DNA from: Candidatus Latescibacterota bacterium
Lineage (GTDB): Bacteria; Latescibacterota; UBA2968; UBA8231
Direction of reading: 5' to 3'
Assembly: GCA_963422735.1 (NCBI GenBank)
Contig: OY730476.1
Location: 1,152,001-1,216,000 of the forward strand
DNA: 64,000 nucleotides
A program made the position numbers and the translations under genes. Shown one piece after another: positions 21,704-32,424 of this stretch. The notes under the pieces are model-generated. The model made no database searches and had not been told where the DNA came from. It saw nothing but the letters and a program-made list of their open reading frames with translations. Within the stretch, counting starts at the first letter, position 1. Each line of letters starts with the position of its first letter.

Positions 21704-22825
21704 CTAGAAGCGCGCCGCGGATAGAGGACCGGGGTCGCGTCCGTCTAGGGCCAGTTCCACCATGCGTTCGGCGGCCAGCAGGCCGATGGAGTTGCCGTAG
21801 CCGCTAAAGCCCAGCGCAAAGACCGCGTCGGGCAGATCCGGGAGGGCACCGACAGCTACCCGGCGATCCGGAGTGAAGCCGTGAATCCCGGCCCAGTGGT
21901 GCTCGACTTCAAAGGAGAGGCCCGAAAACCAGCGGCGCAGATAGGTCTCGAGGTTCTGTAGCAGGTTCGGGGTGACGGCGTCCTCGGCTGTGTACTCCTG
22001 CTCCTCAAAGAAAATCCGGGCACCGCCGATCATCAAACGCCCATCTTCAAACTGGCGGAAGTAATTGTACTCGGTGATGCCGGCGACCTCGATCAGGGGT
22101 TCCACTGGGGTGGTCACGAGAATCTGGCCGCGCACTGGGCGCACGATGCGGCTCAGGTGCGGGTGCAGATCGCAGCCGTACCCGTTGGTGGCGATGTACA
22201 CCTTGCGGCAGCGGATATGGGCGCGGCGCCCGCGCACCCTCAGACCTTGGCCCTCCGCTTCGATGCGATAGATCTCATTGTGGTGGTAAAAGGTGGCCCC
22301 GGAGGAGGAGGCAATGACTTCGGTGAGGCGCGCTGGCTGCACCATAAAATCGCCCGCCACCTGCATAGACGCCGCGTACCCAGCACCGTAGGGATCGCCC
22401 TCGGCGAACTCGACATCGACGCCGTCGGCTGCAAAGGCGCGGGCCCACTCTTCCAGCTCGCGGGCGTCGGCCCGGGTTTCAGCCAGATGGATAGCACCCT
22501 CTTCCCAAGGCACCTCGTACTGCTCGGCCAAGGCGCGCATGCGGGCGACGTTGTCGCGCACCATGGCGAGGATTTGGCGGGCGGCCGGGCGGCCCACTTG
22601 GGCGATGAGGGTGGGGTACGTCTCGCGCTGCGAGGTCAGCACAAAGCCGGCATTGCGGCCCGAGGCACCGGCGGCTGGAAAGCGGGCATCGACTAGGGCG
22701 ACATCGCGGCCCCGCTGGTGCAGCAGGGTGGCTGCGTACGAGCCAACAATGCCAGCACCGATCACCACGTCGTCGTGTTCGGCCTGCAGCGGCTTGGATA
22801 CTTCTTGCCATTTGGATACGGTCAT
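21704..22825 (-). CDS. FAD-dependent oxidoreductase (DadA/PuuB family)
   Basis: VVIGAGIVG, GASGRNAG, WAGIHGFTPD, GFSGYG. Confidence 0.88.
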   Translation of the reverse strand: MTVSKWQEVSKPLQAEHDDVVIGAGIVGSYAATLLHQRGRDVALVDARFPAAGASGRNAGFVLTSQRETYPTLIAQVGRPAARQILAMVRDNVARMRALAEQYEVPWEEGAIHLAETRADARELEEWARAFAADGVDVEFAEGDPYGAGYAASMQVAGDFMVQPARLTEVIASSSGATFYHHNEIYRIEAEGQGLRVRGRRAHIRCRKVYIATNGYGCDLHPHLSRIVRPVRGQILVTTPVEPLIEVAGITEYNYFRQFEDGRLMIGGARIFFEEQEYTAEDAVTPNLLQNLETYLRRWFSGLSFEVEHHWAGIHGFTPDRRVAVGALPDLPDAVFALGFSGYGNSIGLLAAERMVELALDGRDPGPLSAARF

Positions 22826-22875
22826 AATGCCTCCAAAGGGATGATGGTCGCTCCGGGATTGTCGTCCCGATAATC

Positions 22876-23091
22876 GGCCAACGGACTTTCCTAGAGTTTA
22901 ATCAGTGGTTAGTGATTAGTGGTTAGTGGTCCGTTCCATCCGCCCCCTTGGCGGCGGGTACCCGGCGACGGGCCCCGGAACTATTGACGCGGGGGACCGC
23001 GCGGGCCCGGACGAGGGCTACGGGCCAGCCGAGTGATACCGCCTACATGAAACCGGAATGCCCAACCGTACACTAGGAAATTCCGTCGGCC
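22876..23091. repeat. 19-bp inverted repeat pair enclosing heptamer repeats
   Basis: GGCCAACGGACTTTCCTAG (22876-22894) and CTAGGAAATTCCGTCGGCC (23073-23091), 17/19 match; GTGGTTA heptamers at about 22903-22930. Confidence 0.6.
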
Positions 23092-23126
23092 AAAGCTCAC
23101 GACCGCGCCGACTGACGCGATCTCCT

Positions 23127-23942
23127 CTAAACTTTCTGCACCTGACGCCAGCGGTCGTAGTATCGCTGCATTTTCGGGGGCAGCCCCGCCCGCACATTGT
23201 CGGCCAGCTGCCAGCGGAAGCGTTCGTCGAGGGCTTCGCGCGGCTGGTCCTCCTCGTGCTTGACTAACGCACCCGTCAGAGTCAGCCGCTCGGTCGCGCC
23301 AGTGGGCAAGCGGCCCCGGTGAATGGTATTGCCGGTCCAGAAAATAGTCTGTCCCTGTTGCAGCACTATTTGTTCTGCATCGGGCACGTCGCCCTTGGGA
23401 TTGTTGATCAACACTTCGCGCTCTCGCTCGGTGCGGTAGCGGCGCTGGCTTCTTGGCACCAGCCACAGGCAGGCGTCATCGGCCAAGGCCAAGTGCCACT
23501 TGACCAAGTTCTTGCGGTAGCGGCCGAGAATCTCCAGTTCCACCTCCCGGCTGCCGTCGCGCTCTTCTTTGCCAAAGTCGCGGTGCCAGCCCGTGTCGTA
23601 GTCCGTCGGACCGCACAGGACAATCAGCCCCACCCAGCCCAAGCGCAACGGGCCGCCCACCAAGGCGCGCACGTAGGTCTCCACCGGCTCGGACATGAGG
23701 TATTCGGCAAAGATCGGCTCGCCAAACTCGGGCGCGATCAAGCCCAAGATGTGGCGCGGCTCCACCCCCGGGCCGCCGCCGCTGATCCGCTCGGCCGTAG
23801 CCACCACCCCACCGGAGCGCACCTTTTCCACTGCGCACCGTGCTCCGACCTCCAAGGCCGCTAGCATCTCCGGGGCGACTGCGTCGTCGGCGATGAAATA
23901 ACCCTGATCGCGGTACTGCTCAATCTGCGCTGGCGTCGCCAT
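23127..23942 (-). CDS. phytanoyl-CoA dioxygenase family protein
   Basis: QYRDQGY, WHRD (HxD motif), distal HRG. Confidence 0.85.
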   Translation of the reverse strand: MATPAQIEQYRDQGYFIADDAVAPEMLAALEVGARCAVEKVRSGGVVATAERISGGGPGVEPRHILGLIAPEFGEPIFAEYLMSEPVETYVRALVGGPLRLGWVGLIVLCGPTDYDTGWHRDFGKEERDGSREVELEILGRYRKNLVKWHLALADDACLWLVPRSQRRYRTEREREVLINNPKGDVPDAEQIVLQQGQTIFWTGNTIHRGRLPTGATERLTLTGALVKHEEDQPREALDERFRWQLADNVRAGLPPKMQRYYDRWRQVQKV

Positions 23943-23961
23943 GCGGCCCTCCCTCTCGGCC

Positions 23962-24873
23962 CTAGGGTCGATACGGCTCACCCGTGCGCCGCAGCTTCTT
24001 GGTCACCGCAATCTGACAGGTCGCGTACCCGCCCATGTAGCCGGTGGCAAAGCCTGGGCGAGCGTCCCCAATGGTGCCGACGATCATGTTGGCGTATTCG
24101 TACGTGGTGTCGTAGCGGTCGCATATCAAGGCCACCATTTCGAGCCAAGCCGCTTTGAGCGCGTCGCCCCATTCGGCCGCACGCGCACTGGTGAGGTATT
24201 CCTCGGCGTCTTCCACAACCCTAGTGGTCTCGACCACCGGGCTGCTAGTGGGGAACCCGGGCGAGCGATCTACCTTGAGAGCGATGGCCGAGTCGATCTC
24301 GACCCCGGCCCCGGTCAACTCGCCGTCGCCCATGCGCGCATGGACATCTCCCAGCGAGAGCAATCCTCCCAGCTTTTGCGCGCGGATGTGAACAATGCTG
24401 CCGGGCTGGATGGCATTGAAATCCATGTTGCCGCCGTGATCTATGGCGTTGGGTGCCCACGATTCGAGCTGGACGACGCCGATCATGGGCCGCACCGACA
24501 CGACAAAATCCGGCGGAAAGTGAATAAGCCCGTCGCGCACCGGCGCCACGCAGCGCCAATTGCCCCAATTGGGGCCGCCGTTGCGATAGAAGCCGTAGGG
24601 GCCAACCTCGATATCGACGATCTCGATGGCCACCCAATCGTCCGGCTCAATGCCCTCGATGAGAAAGGGACCGCCGGGGCGGGCGTAGCGGCGATGGCTC
24701 TCCCCGGAAGTAATCATGCCGGCGCGGGTCTCCCCGGCCGCTTCAAAGTCGTTGTCCGCTCCGCCAATGGTCTCGATAATGACGGTTTCTCCGAGCACCA
24801 ACCTGCCGCGCACTTGGCCGATTTCCGGGTCGTCCGGCCCGCTGTAATGAGGGGTGCGAGTAAAGCGACGCAT
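23962..24873 (-). CDS. acetamidase/formamidase family protein
   Basis: GPFLIEGIEPDD, PMIGV, HGGNMD, LGDVHARMGDGE. Confidence 0.88.
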   Translation of the reverse strand: MRRFTRTPHYSGPDDPEIGQVRGRLVLGETVIIETIGGADNDFEAAGETRAGMITSGESHRRYARPGGPFLIEGIEPDDWVAIEIVDIEVGPYGFYRNGGPNWGNWRCVAPVRDGLIHFPPDFVVSVRPMIGVVQLESWAPNAIDHGGNMDFNAIQPGSIVHIRAQKLGGLLSLGDVHARMGDGELTGAGVEIDSAIALKVDRSPGFPTSSPVVETTRVVEDAEEYLTSARAAEWGDALKAAWLEMVALICDRYDTTYEYANMIVGTIGDARPGFATGYMGGYATCQIAVTKKLRRTGEPYRP

Positions 24874-24905
24874 ACGCGTTCTCCTTTGCTAAGGGTGTTG
24901 GGCTC

Positions 24906-25700
24906 CTAGCGTCCCTCGGCAAACGGAAAGGTACCGTTGTACCCAAGCGCAGCAATGGCCGGCAGTGGCGAGCTGACAAAGGGAATCCCCGGGAACATGG
25001 GCGTCTGCTGGTAGTGCAGCACCACGTTGCAGCGGATGGGTGCGTCGGCATCTTCCTTCAGCTTTGCGCCTTGGTGTGGGATGTGGCTGAAGAACACCAC
25101 CGCGTCGCCGGTCATAGGATGCAGATGGATGTGCTCCTGCCGCTCGCACCACTGGTAAAAGGGGTTGTCGGAATTGTACCCGCCTAAGTGGCGGATTTCT
25201 TCCGGCAGCGCGTTGTGGCAGAAGTTATTGATGAAGGTCAAGCGCCCGGTCTCTGGCGCGTTGTCCGTCAGGTAAAACGTGGTGTTTATGCAGAGCGGCC
25301 GCAACGCGTGCCGCGCCTCGTCGGGTGCATCCCAATAATAGCCAAAATCCTTGTGCCACTCTTGGGTATAAGCACCCGGATTGATATGCGCGCGAAAGCT
25401 CCGCAACTGGCATTGCCGCCCGAGCATGGCCTGTAAATACGGCGCGACCGCGGGATGGCCGACCATGGGCTGGGCCAGTTCAGGTTCCTGTTCCAGCAAG
25501 TGGTCAAAAGCCACATTGCCCACTTCGTTGCTAATGTCCCATTCTCGCCGCTCGTACTTCTGCACCAAGCATTCCCGCCAGGCCAGCACCACGTCCTCGG
25601 GCAGCGCGTTGCGCACCAATAGAAAGCCGTGCCGGTCGAGCGCGTCGAGCTGATTCTCCAACTCGGGGATTTGGGCCGTATCCGCGATGATTTCGCTCAT
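24906..25700 (-). CDS. phytanoyl-CoA dioxygenase family protein
   Basis: WHKD, YLTD, GDAVVFFSHIPHQG. Confidence 0.85.
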   Translation of the reverse strand: MSEIIADTAQIPELENQLDALDRHGFLLVRNALPEDVVLAWRECLVQKYERREWDISNEVGNVAFDHLLEQEPELAQPMVGHPAVAPYLQAMLGRQCQLRSFRAHINPGAYTQEWHKDFGYYWDAPDEARHALRPLCINTTFYLTDNAPETGRLTFINNFCHNALPEEIRHLGGYNSDNPFYQWCERQEHIHLHPMTGDAVVFFSHIPHQGAKLKEDADAPIRCNVVLHYQQTPMFPGIPFVSSPLPAIAALGYNGTFPFAEGR

Positions 25701-25770
25701 GGAAAAGCTCCTAGTTTTGTTCGTGAGAAGTGGCTTATCTCCGGCTGTACAGCCGCCGGGGAATTATTCA

Positions 25771-26038
25771 CTATTCCAGCTTTCCGTAAGCAACAGCACG
25801 TGCGTACCGCGCGTTGTCTCGGACGCCGGCGACGCGCCCGTATGGGCGACCGCATCTACATTCCGCACCGCCTGCCATACCGCGTCTTTTTCCGTCAGCC
25901 GGGCGGCGATCCATTCGACATCTTGCCGCCGCGCAGTCGTCCATACATAAGACGCAACTGTGCGTTTTCATCCGAGACCAGCGCGGCGGCTATCTCTTGG
26001 CCCAATGCTCTAGCCACGCCCGTAACCAATACTCGCAT
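25771..26038 (-). pseudogene. NAD-dependent epimerase/dehydratase N-terminal remnant
   Basis: MRVLVTGVARALGQEIAAAL, then AVRNVDAVAHTG in a shifted frame. Confidence 0.5.
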
Positions 26039-26051
26039 CGGCTCGTATTCT

Positions 26052-27152
26052 CTAGCGGAACCAATCGTACGTCAGCGCCAAGCTGCGGTCAGCCAGCGGC
26101 AACTCCACCCGCTCGCCGCCCCGGGCCGCCGACAGCTTCAGCCCCAGTTCCACCTCTAGCGCGACAGCGACCCGCCGCCCGGAGTTTTTCGGCTCGTCCA
26201 ACCTCCCCTCCATGCAGGCGATTAGATCGTCGAGACAGTACACAGTCCGCATTCCCGACAAAAACTGCGGCGCGGGCCACGGCATTTCTACCCGCCCGGC
26301 AGCCGGCGTTTCCATGTCTTGATAGAGCCGCCACTGATTGTGCTCAAAGAAGATCTCCCCCCGATTCCCCGAAATCCGCACCTCGGGTGCGCCAGCGCGG
26401 ATGTGCATCACCAAGCCATCGCTACACGCGATCATCCCCTGCCCCATAAATTCAGTGCTGCCGCGCTTCCGGCGCGGCTGATCGCCCGTGCCACACACCC
26501 AAATTGGGTCGCCGGTCAAAAAGTAACTCCAGTCCTGATGCTGAGCCAAAACCAGGACGCGCGCTTCGAGCGACCGCACCTTTCCAATCGCCCCCTCCTG
26601 CACCAACAACTTGGCCTGCGCAAACGACGGATGTGAGACACTCGTCGCCCCGCCCACCAGCGGCACTCCGGCCTCGGCCAGCGAGAACACCATCGGCTTA
26701 TCTACCAACACGCCCCGCACCCCAGCGGTGACCGCTGCCACCGTCAGCGCGGACCGCCTCTTCGCATTCGTCGCAATCGCCACGATGTCCAGCCGTTCCT
26801 CATCCAACATTTCCAGCGTATCCGCGTACAGAGCCTCAATGCCGTAGCGTTCCCCGAACAGGGCCCGCCGCCGCGGATCCCGATCGGCCCCGGCCACCAA
26901 TTCCACTTCGGGCCGGTCGAAAAAGGCCGCAGCATACGAAGTAGCCAGCCCCTCCTGCCCAGGGTGATCGTAGAGGTGAAACGTCCGGTTGACATCAAGT
27001 CCGTCCGGCAGGGGCCGATCGGCACTTTCAACATCGTATATCGGGGTTTGGTACGACCCGCCAATGCGCTCGTAGTCCCGCTTCCCCAAGTCGTAGAGAA
27101 ATCCCATCCATCCCAAGCCAATGACGCCAGCGCGATATTTTTTTTGCTCCAT
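26052..27152 (-). CDS. Gfo/Idh/MocA family oxidoreductase
   Basis: VIGLGWMG Rossmann motif, LDIVAIAT, DKPM; probably a short in-frame deletion after LAEA. Confidence 0.8.
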   Translation of the reverse strand: MEQKKYRAGVIGLGWMGFLYDLGKRDYERIGGSYQTPIYDVESADRPLPDGLDVNRTFHLYDHPGQEGLATSYAAAFFDRPEVELVAGADRDPRRRALFGERYGIEALYADTLEMLDEERLDIVAIATNAKRRSALTVAAVTAGVRGVLVDKPMVFSLAEAGVPLVGGATSVSHPSFAQAKLLVQEGAIGKVRSLEARVLVLAQHQDWSYFLTGDPIWVCGTGDQPRRKRGSTEFMGQGMIACSDGLVMHIRAGAPEVRISGNRGEIFFEHNQWRLYQDMETPAAGRVEMPWPAPQFLSGMRTVYCLDDLIACMEGRLDEPKNSGRRVAVALEVELGLKLSAARGGERVELPLADRSLALTYDWFR

Positions 27153-27155
27153 TGT

Positions 27156-28124
27156 CTAATCTCCTCGTCCCGTTCTGCGCCTCCCCGCCACGCGACGGAT
27201 CAACTCGTCGGCGATGACCCCCGCTAAAATCACCGCACCGATAATGGCAAATTCGAGTTGGGTGGGGATGCCGGAGACATTAATGGCATTGTAGAGCAAC
27301 CGCATGACGGCCGCGCCAATGACAACCCCCAAAATCGATCCCTCGCCGCCGCGTAGGGAACAGCCCCCCAACACGGCCGCGGCAATTGCATACAGTTCGT
27401 AGAAATTGCCGTGGGCGGCTGGTTGCACCGAGTTGACGTCGAGGGCGAAGAGGATACCTCCCAAGCCAGCGGTGCCTGAGCATAAGATGTACGCCAAAAC
27501 CTTCATCCGCTCAATTTGGATACCGCTGTAGCGCGCCGCCGTCTCGTTGCAGCCCAGTGCCAACAGGTAGCGGCCCCATATCGTGCGGTTGAGAAAGAGA
27601 GCGGCGAGGACCCCAGCAATCAGCAAGATGAAAAACGGAATCGGCAGCGCAAAGCCGCCACCCAGCGAGACCTTGCCAATCGCCAGTTGGCGCAGGCCCT
27701 CGTAGGACGAGCCAAAGCCCTGGACTTGGTCGTGGGTGAGCCAGCGGGCAAAGCCGCGGTAGAACAGCAGACCACACAGCGTGACGACAAACGGCTGCAA
27801 CCGCAGGCGCGTGATCAGCAAGCCGTGCAGCAACCCAATGGCCAGGGACAAAACCACGACGGCCAACAGCGCAATGACAGGCGCGTACCCAGCGGCCAAG
27901 AGCATGGGCAGCAGACAACCCACCAAGCCAATCAACGAACCAATCGACAAGTCAATACCGCCCGTGATAATGACAAAGGCCACGCCGATGGAAATGATGC
28001 CAAATAGCGAGGTCCAGCGTATGATATTTTGCAAATTGTAGGCACTAGCAAACTTGGGTTCGACGATCCAAGTGACCACAAAAATCGCCAACAACAAGCC
28101 GAGAATACCCAGTATTTTCTTCAT
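27156..28124 (-). CDS. monosaccharide ABC transporter permease (RbsC-like)
   Basis: GGIDLSIGS, PFVVTL, YELYAIAAAVLGGCSL.GG.G. Confidence 0.92.
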   Translation of the reverse strand: MKKILGILGLLLAIFVVTWIVEPKFASAYNLQNIIRWTSLFGIISIGVAFVIITGGIDLSIGSLIGLVGCLLPMLLAAGYAPVIALLAVVVLSLAIGLLHGLLITRLRLQPFVVTLCGLLFYRGFARWLTHDQVQGFGSSYEGLRQLAIGKVSLGGGFALPIPFFILLIAGVLAALFLNRTIWGRYLLALGCNETAARYSGIQIERMKVLAYILCSGTAGLGGILFALDVNSVQPAAHGNFYELYAIAAAVLGGCSLRGGEGSILGVVIGAAVMRLLYNAINVSGIPTQLEFAIIGAVILAGVIADELIRRVAGRRRTGRGD

Positions 28125-28127
28125 CTT

Positions 28128-29618
28128 TTAAGCCGCCTTCCCCGTCGCCAAATTCACAATCGCCTCCTCGCTGAGCGCGTCCCGCTGGAGTTGGCCGGCA
28201 ATGCGGCCCTCGTGCATGACCAGCACCTCATCGGCCATCCCCAAAATTTCCTCCAATTCACTCGACGCAAACAGCACGGCCACGCCGCTGGCGGCCAACT
28301 CTTCCATCAGGCGGTAAATCGTTTGTTTGGCCCCCACGTCGATGCCACGAGTTGGTTCGTCGAGCAGCAACACCTGGGGCGCGAGAGCCAGCCACTTGGC
28401 CAGCACCGCCTTTTGCTGGTTGCCACCGGATAGGTACTGGACGATTTGGGCCGGGCCGGGGGTGCGAATGGCGAGGCGCTCGATCATCTGGTCGGCGTCC
28501 GCAGCTTGGCGGGCAAAATTGACCCAACCGGCAAAGCGCTGGTAGCGCCCCAAGCCGGGCAGGCCGATGTTGTCGCGCAGGGCCATTTCGAGGATCAGGC
28601 CCTGTTGCTTGCGGTCTTCGGGCGCGAGGGCTAAGCCGACGCGAATGGCATCGACCGGTGAGCGGATCACCTGCGGTGCGCCGTCGATGAGGACGCGGCC
28701 GGCGAGCGCGGGGACGAGGCCAAAGAGCACCTGCAACAACTCGGTGCGCCCCGCGCCGACGAGACCGGCGATGCCGACGAGCTGACCGCGCCGGATCGCG
28801 AAATTGAGCCGGTGATCGGGCCAAGCAGGGATGACCAAATCCTCGGCTTGGAGGGCGATGTCGCCGGCCGAATGTGCTTGGTGCGCGTAGTACTGAGCCA
28901 CGTCGCGGCCGACCATCTTCGCCACCATGGCGTCGTGGCTGATCTCTGCTCGAGCCAACTCGCCGGCATTTTTTCCGTCGCAGAGGACCAAGACGCGATC
29001 CGCTAGGGTTTCAACTTCTCCGAGGCGGTGGGAAATATAGACAATGGCCACACCGCACTCACGCAGCTGGTTGATGACCGCGAATAGGGCCTCGGCCTCT
29101 TGGCTGGTGAGGCTGGAGGTCGGCTCGTCCATAATCAGAATTCGCGCCTCGGTCGAGAGCGCCTTGGCGATTTCGACGAGCTGCTGGTGGCCAATGGGCA
29201 AGTCGCCCATCAGGGCGTCTGGCGACACCTCGAGCCCGAGTTGCGCGAGGGCTTGGACGGCCCCCTCGCGGACGGCGGCGCGGTCGATCAGCCCCCGCTT
29301 CTGCGGCTCGCGGCCAAGGTAGAGGTTGGCAGCGACCGAGAGGTTGGCACAAAAGTTGAGTTCTTGGTGGATCAGGGCGATGCCGAGCGCGGCGGCGCGA
29401 CGCGGGGAGTCAATGATCACCGACTCCCCATCGCGCAAAATTTGGCCGCTGTCCGGAGTCTCAATGCCAGCGAGGATTTTCATCAGGGTAGATTTGCCAG
29501 CCCCGTTTTCGCCGATGACGGCGAGGACTTCTCCTGCCTCCACCGCCATATCCACCGCGTCGAGGGCAAGGACCCCGGGAAAGCGCTTGCCAATGCGGTG
29601 GGCAGCCAACAGCGACAT
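28128..29618 (-). CDS. monosaccharide ABC transporter ATP-binding protein (RbsA-like)
   Basis: GENGAGKST, DEPT twice, LSGGNQQK; TAATG coupling to the upstream gene. Confidence 0.93.
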   Translation of the reverse strand: MSLLAAHRIGKRFPGVLALDAVDMAVEAGEVLAVIGENGAGKSTLMKILAGIETPDSGQILRDGESVIIDSPRRAAALGIALIHQELNFCANLSVAANLYLGREPQKRGLIDRAAVREGAVQALAQLGLEVSPDALMGDLPIGHQQLVEIAKALSTEARILIMDEPTSSLTSQEAEALFAVINQLRECGVAIVYISHRLGEVETLADRVLVLCDGKNAGELARAEISHDAMVAKMVGRDVAQYYAHQAHSAGDIALQAEDLVIPAWPDHRLNFAIRRGQLVGIAGLVGAGRTELLQVLFGLVPALAGRVLIDGAPQVIRSPVDAIRVGLALAPEDRKQQGLILEMALRDNIGLPGLGRYQRFAGWVNFARQAADADQMIERLAIRTPGPAQIVQYLSGGNQQKAVLAKWLALAPQVLLLDEPTRGIDVGAKQTIYRLMEELAASGVAVLFASSELEEILGMADEVLVMHEGRIAGQLQRDALSEEAIVNLATGKAA

Positions 29619-30610
29619 TAGCGAGTGCCGGTCAAGGTTTTCAGTTCGTCCCAAAAGGCTTCTACATTGTCTCGGCGGATGGACCGCGCCGGTACGTCGA
29701 GCACCCCATCGGCGGGCAAAACCGAGCGATCGCCGCGTGCGAGGGCGGCGAGGATCCGCACCGACTCGTACCCGTAGCGGTACGGGTTTTGCACCACCGT
29801 GCCGTAGATGTGGCCATCGATAATGCCTTGTAGGGTGGGGGCTTCCTCGTCAAAGGCGATGATTTGGATTTGGCCGGTCTTGCCGGCTTCCTTGATGGCT
29901 TCGAGGCACATCGGCGGATTGTAGGCAAAGAGGCCGACGACGCCGTGCAGGTCCGGGTATTTGGCAATGGCGTCCTCGACTTGGGCTTTGGCTTTAGCAT
30001 AGTCGAACTGGTCGGTGCGGGTGTCGAGAATGGTGTATGGGTCGCCGGCGATCGGGCCGCTGTTCGGGTCGTGGCGCGTCGGGTCAAAGGAGCGACCGAG
30101 CAGTTCGTCGATGAGGCCCTGGCGGCGCTGGCGAGCGTTGAGTTGTTCGAGGCGACCGACGAAGATCATGATATTGCCGCCATCGGGCAGGGCTTCTTTG
30201 ACTAGTGCCCCGCAGGCGCGGCCAGCCGAGTAGTTGTCGATGCCGATAAAGCAAAGGCGGTTGCTTTGCGGGGCGTCCGAATCGTGGGTGAGCAGGTTGG
30301 TATGGGCAGCGGCCTCGTTGAGCAGGTTGGTCTGATTGTCCGGGTCGATGGGGCTTATGGCCATGCCGTCGATGCCGCGGGCAAGTAGGGCTTGGACGAT
30401 GCGCTTCTGATCGGCGACCCCTTCGCCGGGCATTTGCACCTCGGCATCGGCGGCAAATTCGGCGGCAGCGGCCTCGACTCCTTTGGCGGCAATGGTCCAA
30501 AAAGGGCCAACGCCATTGGTGACAAAGGCAATTTGGGGCTTGGCCGCCGGTTGCGGTGCGTCGCTACAGGCGACAAAAATCAAGGCGAGGATCAAAAGGG
30601 GCGTTTTCAT
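29618..30610 (-). CDS. sugar ABC transporter substrate-binding lipoprotein
   Basis: lipobox FVAC; periplasmic binding protein type 1 motifs DSD, GIDNY, QNPY..GY. Confidence 0.9.
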   Translation of the reverse strand: MKTPLLILALIFVACSDAPQPAAKPQIAFVTNGVGPFWTIAAKGVEAAAAEFAADAEVQMPGEGVADQKRIVQALLARGIDGMAISPIDPDNQTNLLNEAAAHTNLLTHDSDAPQSNRLCFIGIDNYSAGRACGALVKEALPDGGNIMIFVGRLEQLNARQRRQGLIDELLGRSFDPTRHDPNSGPIAGDPYTILDTRTDQFDYAKAKAQVEDAIAKYPDLHGVVGLFAYNPPMCLEAIKEAGKTGQIQIIAFDEEAPTLQGIIDGHIYGTVVQNPYRYGYESVRILAALARGDRSVLPADGVLDVPARSIRRDNVEAFWDELKTLTGTR

Positions 30611-30787
30611 AAATGTATCTCGTTGTATCTCGTTAGGAGGTTAAGGAAATGACGCCGCCGCTCATGGGCGTCGGTCGCGCCCTCGACAAGGGCAGGATAC
30701 TTGTAGGAGCTTGCCTCCGCGAATGCGGAATGCCTATGTTACGTCCGGCAAAAAGGAAGCGCAAGATCAACAACAAAAGGATCGGCC

Positions 30788-31909
30788 ATGCAAAAGTGCT
30801 TCACCGCGCCTTCAGGCATGAAAGGCGCAATGTTACTGGCGGTCGCCTTGGCCGCCACCGCAGGAGAGGCCAACGTGAGCAAAGACAGCTTTGGAACAAC
30901 CGCGGCGGGACAGCCCGTCGATCGCTATACCCTCGCAAACGACCGCGGCACTATGGCCCGCGTCATCACCTATGGTGGGATCATCACCGAACTCCTCGTG
31001 CGCGATCGCGCCGGAACGCTGGGCGACGTAGTGCTAGGCTTTGACCGCTTGGCGCAGTACGAGAAAGAGAATCCGTACTTCGGGTGTATCACCGGGCGGG
31101 TCGCCAACCGCATCGCCGGCGGCAAATTCTCCCTAGAGGGTCAAGAGTACGCGCTCGCAGTTAACAACGGGCCTAATCACCTGCACGGTGGGATAGTGGG
31201 CTTCGACAAGGTCGTCTGGGACGGCGAGGTTGTGGACGATACACGCGGGCCGGCGGTGCGTTTGCGTTACGTGAGCCAAGACGGCGAGGAGGGCTATCCA
31301 GGCACCGTGCCAGTGAGCGTGACGTACACCTTGACCCACGACGACGCCCTAGTCATCGAATATGAGGCAACCACCGACAAGCCTACGCCGATCAATCTGA
31401 CCAACCATTCTTATTTCAACTTGGCCGGCAGCGGCCCCGTGCTCGGACATATCCTCACCCTCCACGCCCGCTACTACACCGAACCAGACGCCAACCAAAT
31501 CCCCACCGGGCGCATTTTGCCGGTGGCTGGCACCCCTCTCGACTTTGGCAAACCGACCGCCATTGGTGGGCGGATCGGGCAGCTCGGGCAAGTCGGCGGC
31601 TACGACCACAACTTTGTGCTCGACCATGGGGGCCGGGCTGAGCCGGGGCTAGCCGCCGAGGTGTACGAGCCGGAGAGCGGGCGGGTGATGGAGCTGTACA
31701 CCACCGAGCCGGGCGTACAGTTTTATTCGGCCATCCACCTCGACGAAGTAATGGGCAAGGGTGGGACGCGCTACCATCAGTACCACGGCCTGTGCTTAGA
31801 GACCCAGCACTATCCCGACTCGATCAACCAGCCGGGCTTTCCGTCGGTGGTGTTGCATCCGGGGGAAACCTACCGGACGGTAACAATACACAAGTTTTCG
31901 ACGAGGTAG
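30788..31909 (+). CDS. galM: aldose 1-epimerase (galactose mutarotase)
   Basis: GRVANRIAGG, NHLHGG, NLTNHSYFNL, YDHNF, CLETQHYPD. Confidence 0.93.
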   Translation: MQKCFTAPSGMKGAMLLAVALAATAGEANVSKDSFGTTAAGQPVDRYTLANDRGTMARVITYGGIITELLVRDRAGTLGDVVLGFDRLAQYEKENPYFGCITGRVANRIAGGKFSLEGQEYALAVNNGPNHLHGGIVGFDKVVWDGEVVDDTRGPAVRLRYVSQDGEEGYPGTVPVSVTYTLTHDDALVIEYEATTDKPTPINLTNHSYFNLAGSGPVLGHILTLHARYYTEPDANQIPTGRILPVAGTPLDFGKPTAIGGRIGQLGQVGGYDHNFVLDHGGRAEPGLAAEVYEPESGRVMELYTTEPGVQFYSAIHLDEVMGKGGTRYHQYHGLCLETQHYPDSINQPGFPSVVLHPGETYRTVTIHKFSTR

Positions 31910-31944
31910 GAGCCGTCTGAAATGGTAGTGGTCTCGGTATGCTT

Positions 31945-32095
31945 CCCACCCCACACCCGTCCACTCGCCGCCTGTATCTTGCCTTCCATGCGGCTTAATG
32001 AGCTCGCGATCGGCGTCCACCGAGCTTCTGCTCGGCTTCAATCTCGGCGACGATGGCTTGCTGGGTGGCGAGGGGTGGGAATGCAAAGTTTGCTG
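31945..32095 (-). pseudogene. restriction-modification specificity (HsdS-like) C-terminal remnant, copy 1
   Basis: PPLATQQAIVAEIEAEQKL...KIQAA..RVWG with frameshifts. Confidence 0.7.
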
Positions 32096-32133
32096 AAGCC
32101 CGCGAAAGTTCCGTACGTGCAGGCTTTTTAACC

Positions 32134-32334
32134 CTACCCCGTGCGTTTGGCGAGCAACTCCCTGACGGAAGGAACCAACTCATTGGGAATTTCCATCAGA
32201 GTTTGCGTCTGATTTTCAAAAGCAGCTTCTTCCTCTGCCACCGCTTCTTCCTCTGTTTGAGATTCATAGTATGCGATGACGCGTTGCATGCGCTTTTCGT
32301 CCCAGCCGGGCGGAAAGTTGGTTTTGTTTTTCAT
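32134..32334 (-). CDS. small conserved protein, probable antitoxin
   Basis: FPPGWDEKRMQRVIAYYESQTEEEAVAE; preceded by a toxin-like C-terminal remnant FVITAYELRGKPL..RRR at about 32331-32420. Confidence 0.65.
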   Translation of the reverse strand: MKNKTNFPPGWDEKRMQRVIAYYESQTEEEAVAEEEAAFENQTQTLMEIPNELVPSVRELLAKRTG

Positions 32335-32424
32335 CTTCTTCTCATGCGTCGCCGATTAGCTGTGAGTGGTTTACCCCTTAGTTCGTAAGCCGTTATGACA
32401 AAAATACGATCGGGATCGGATGCA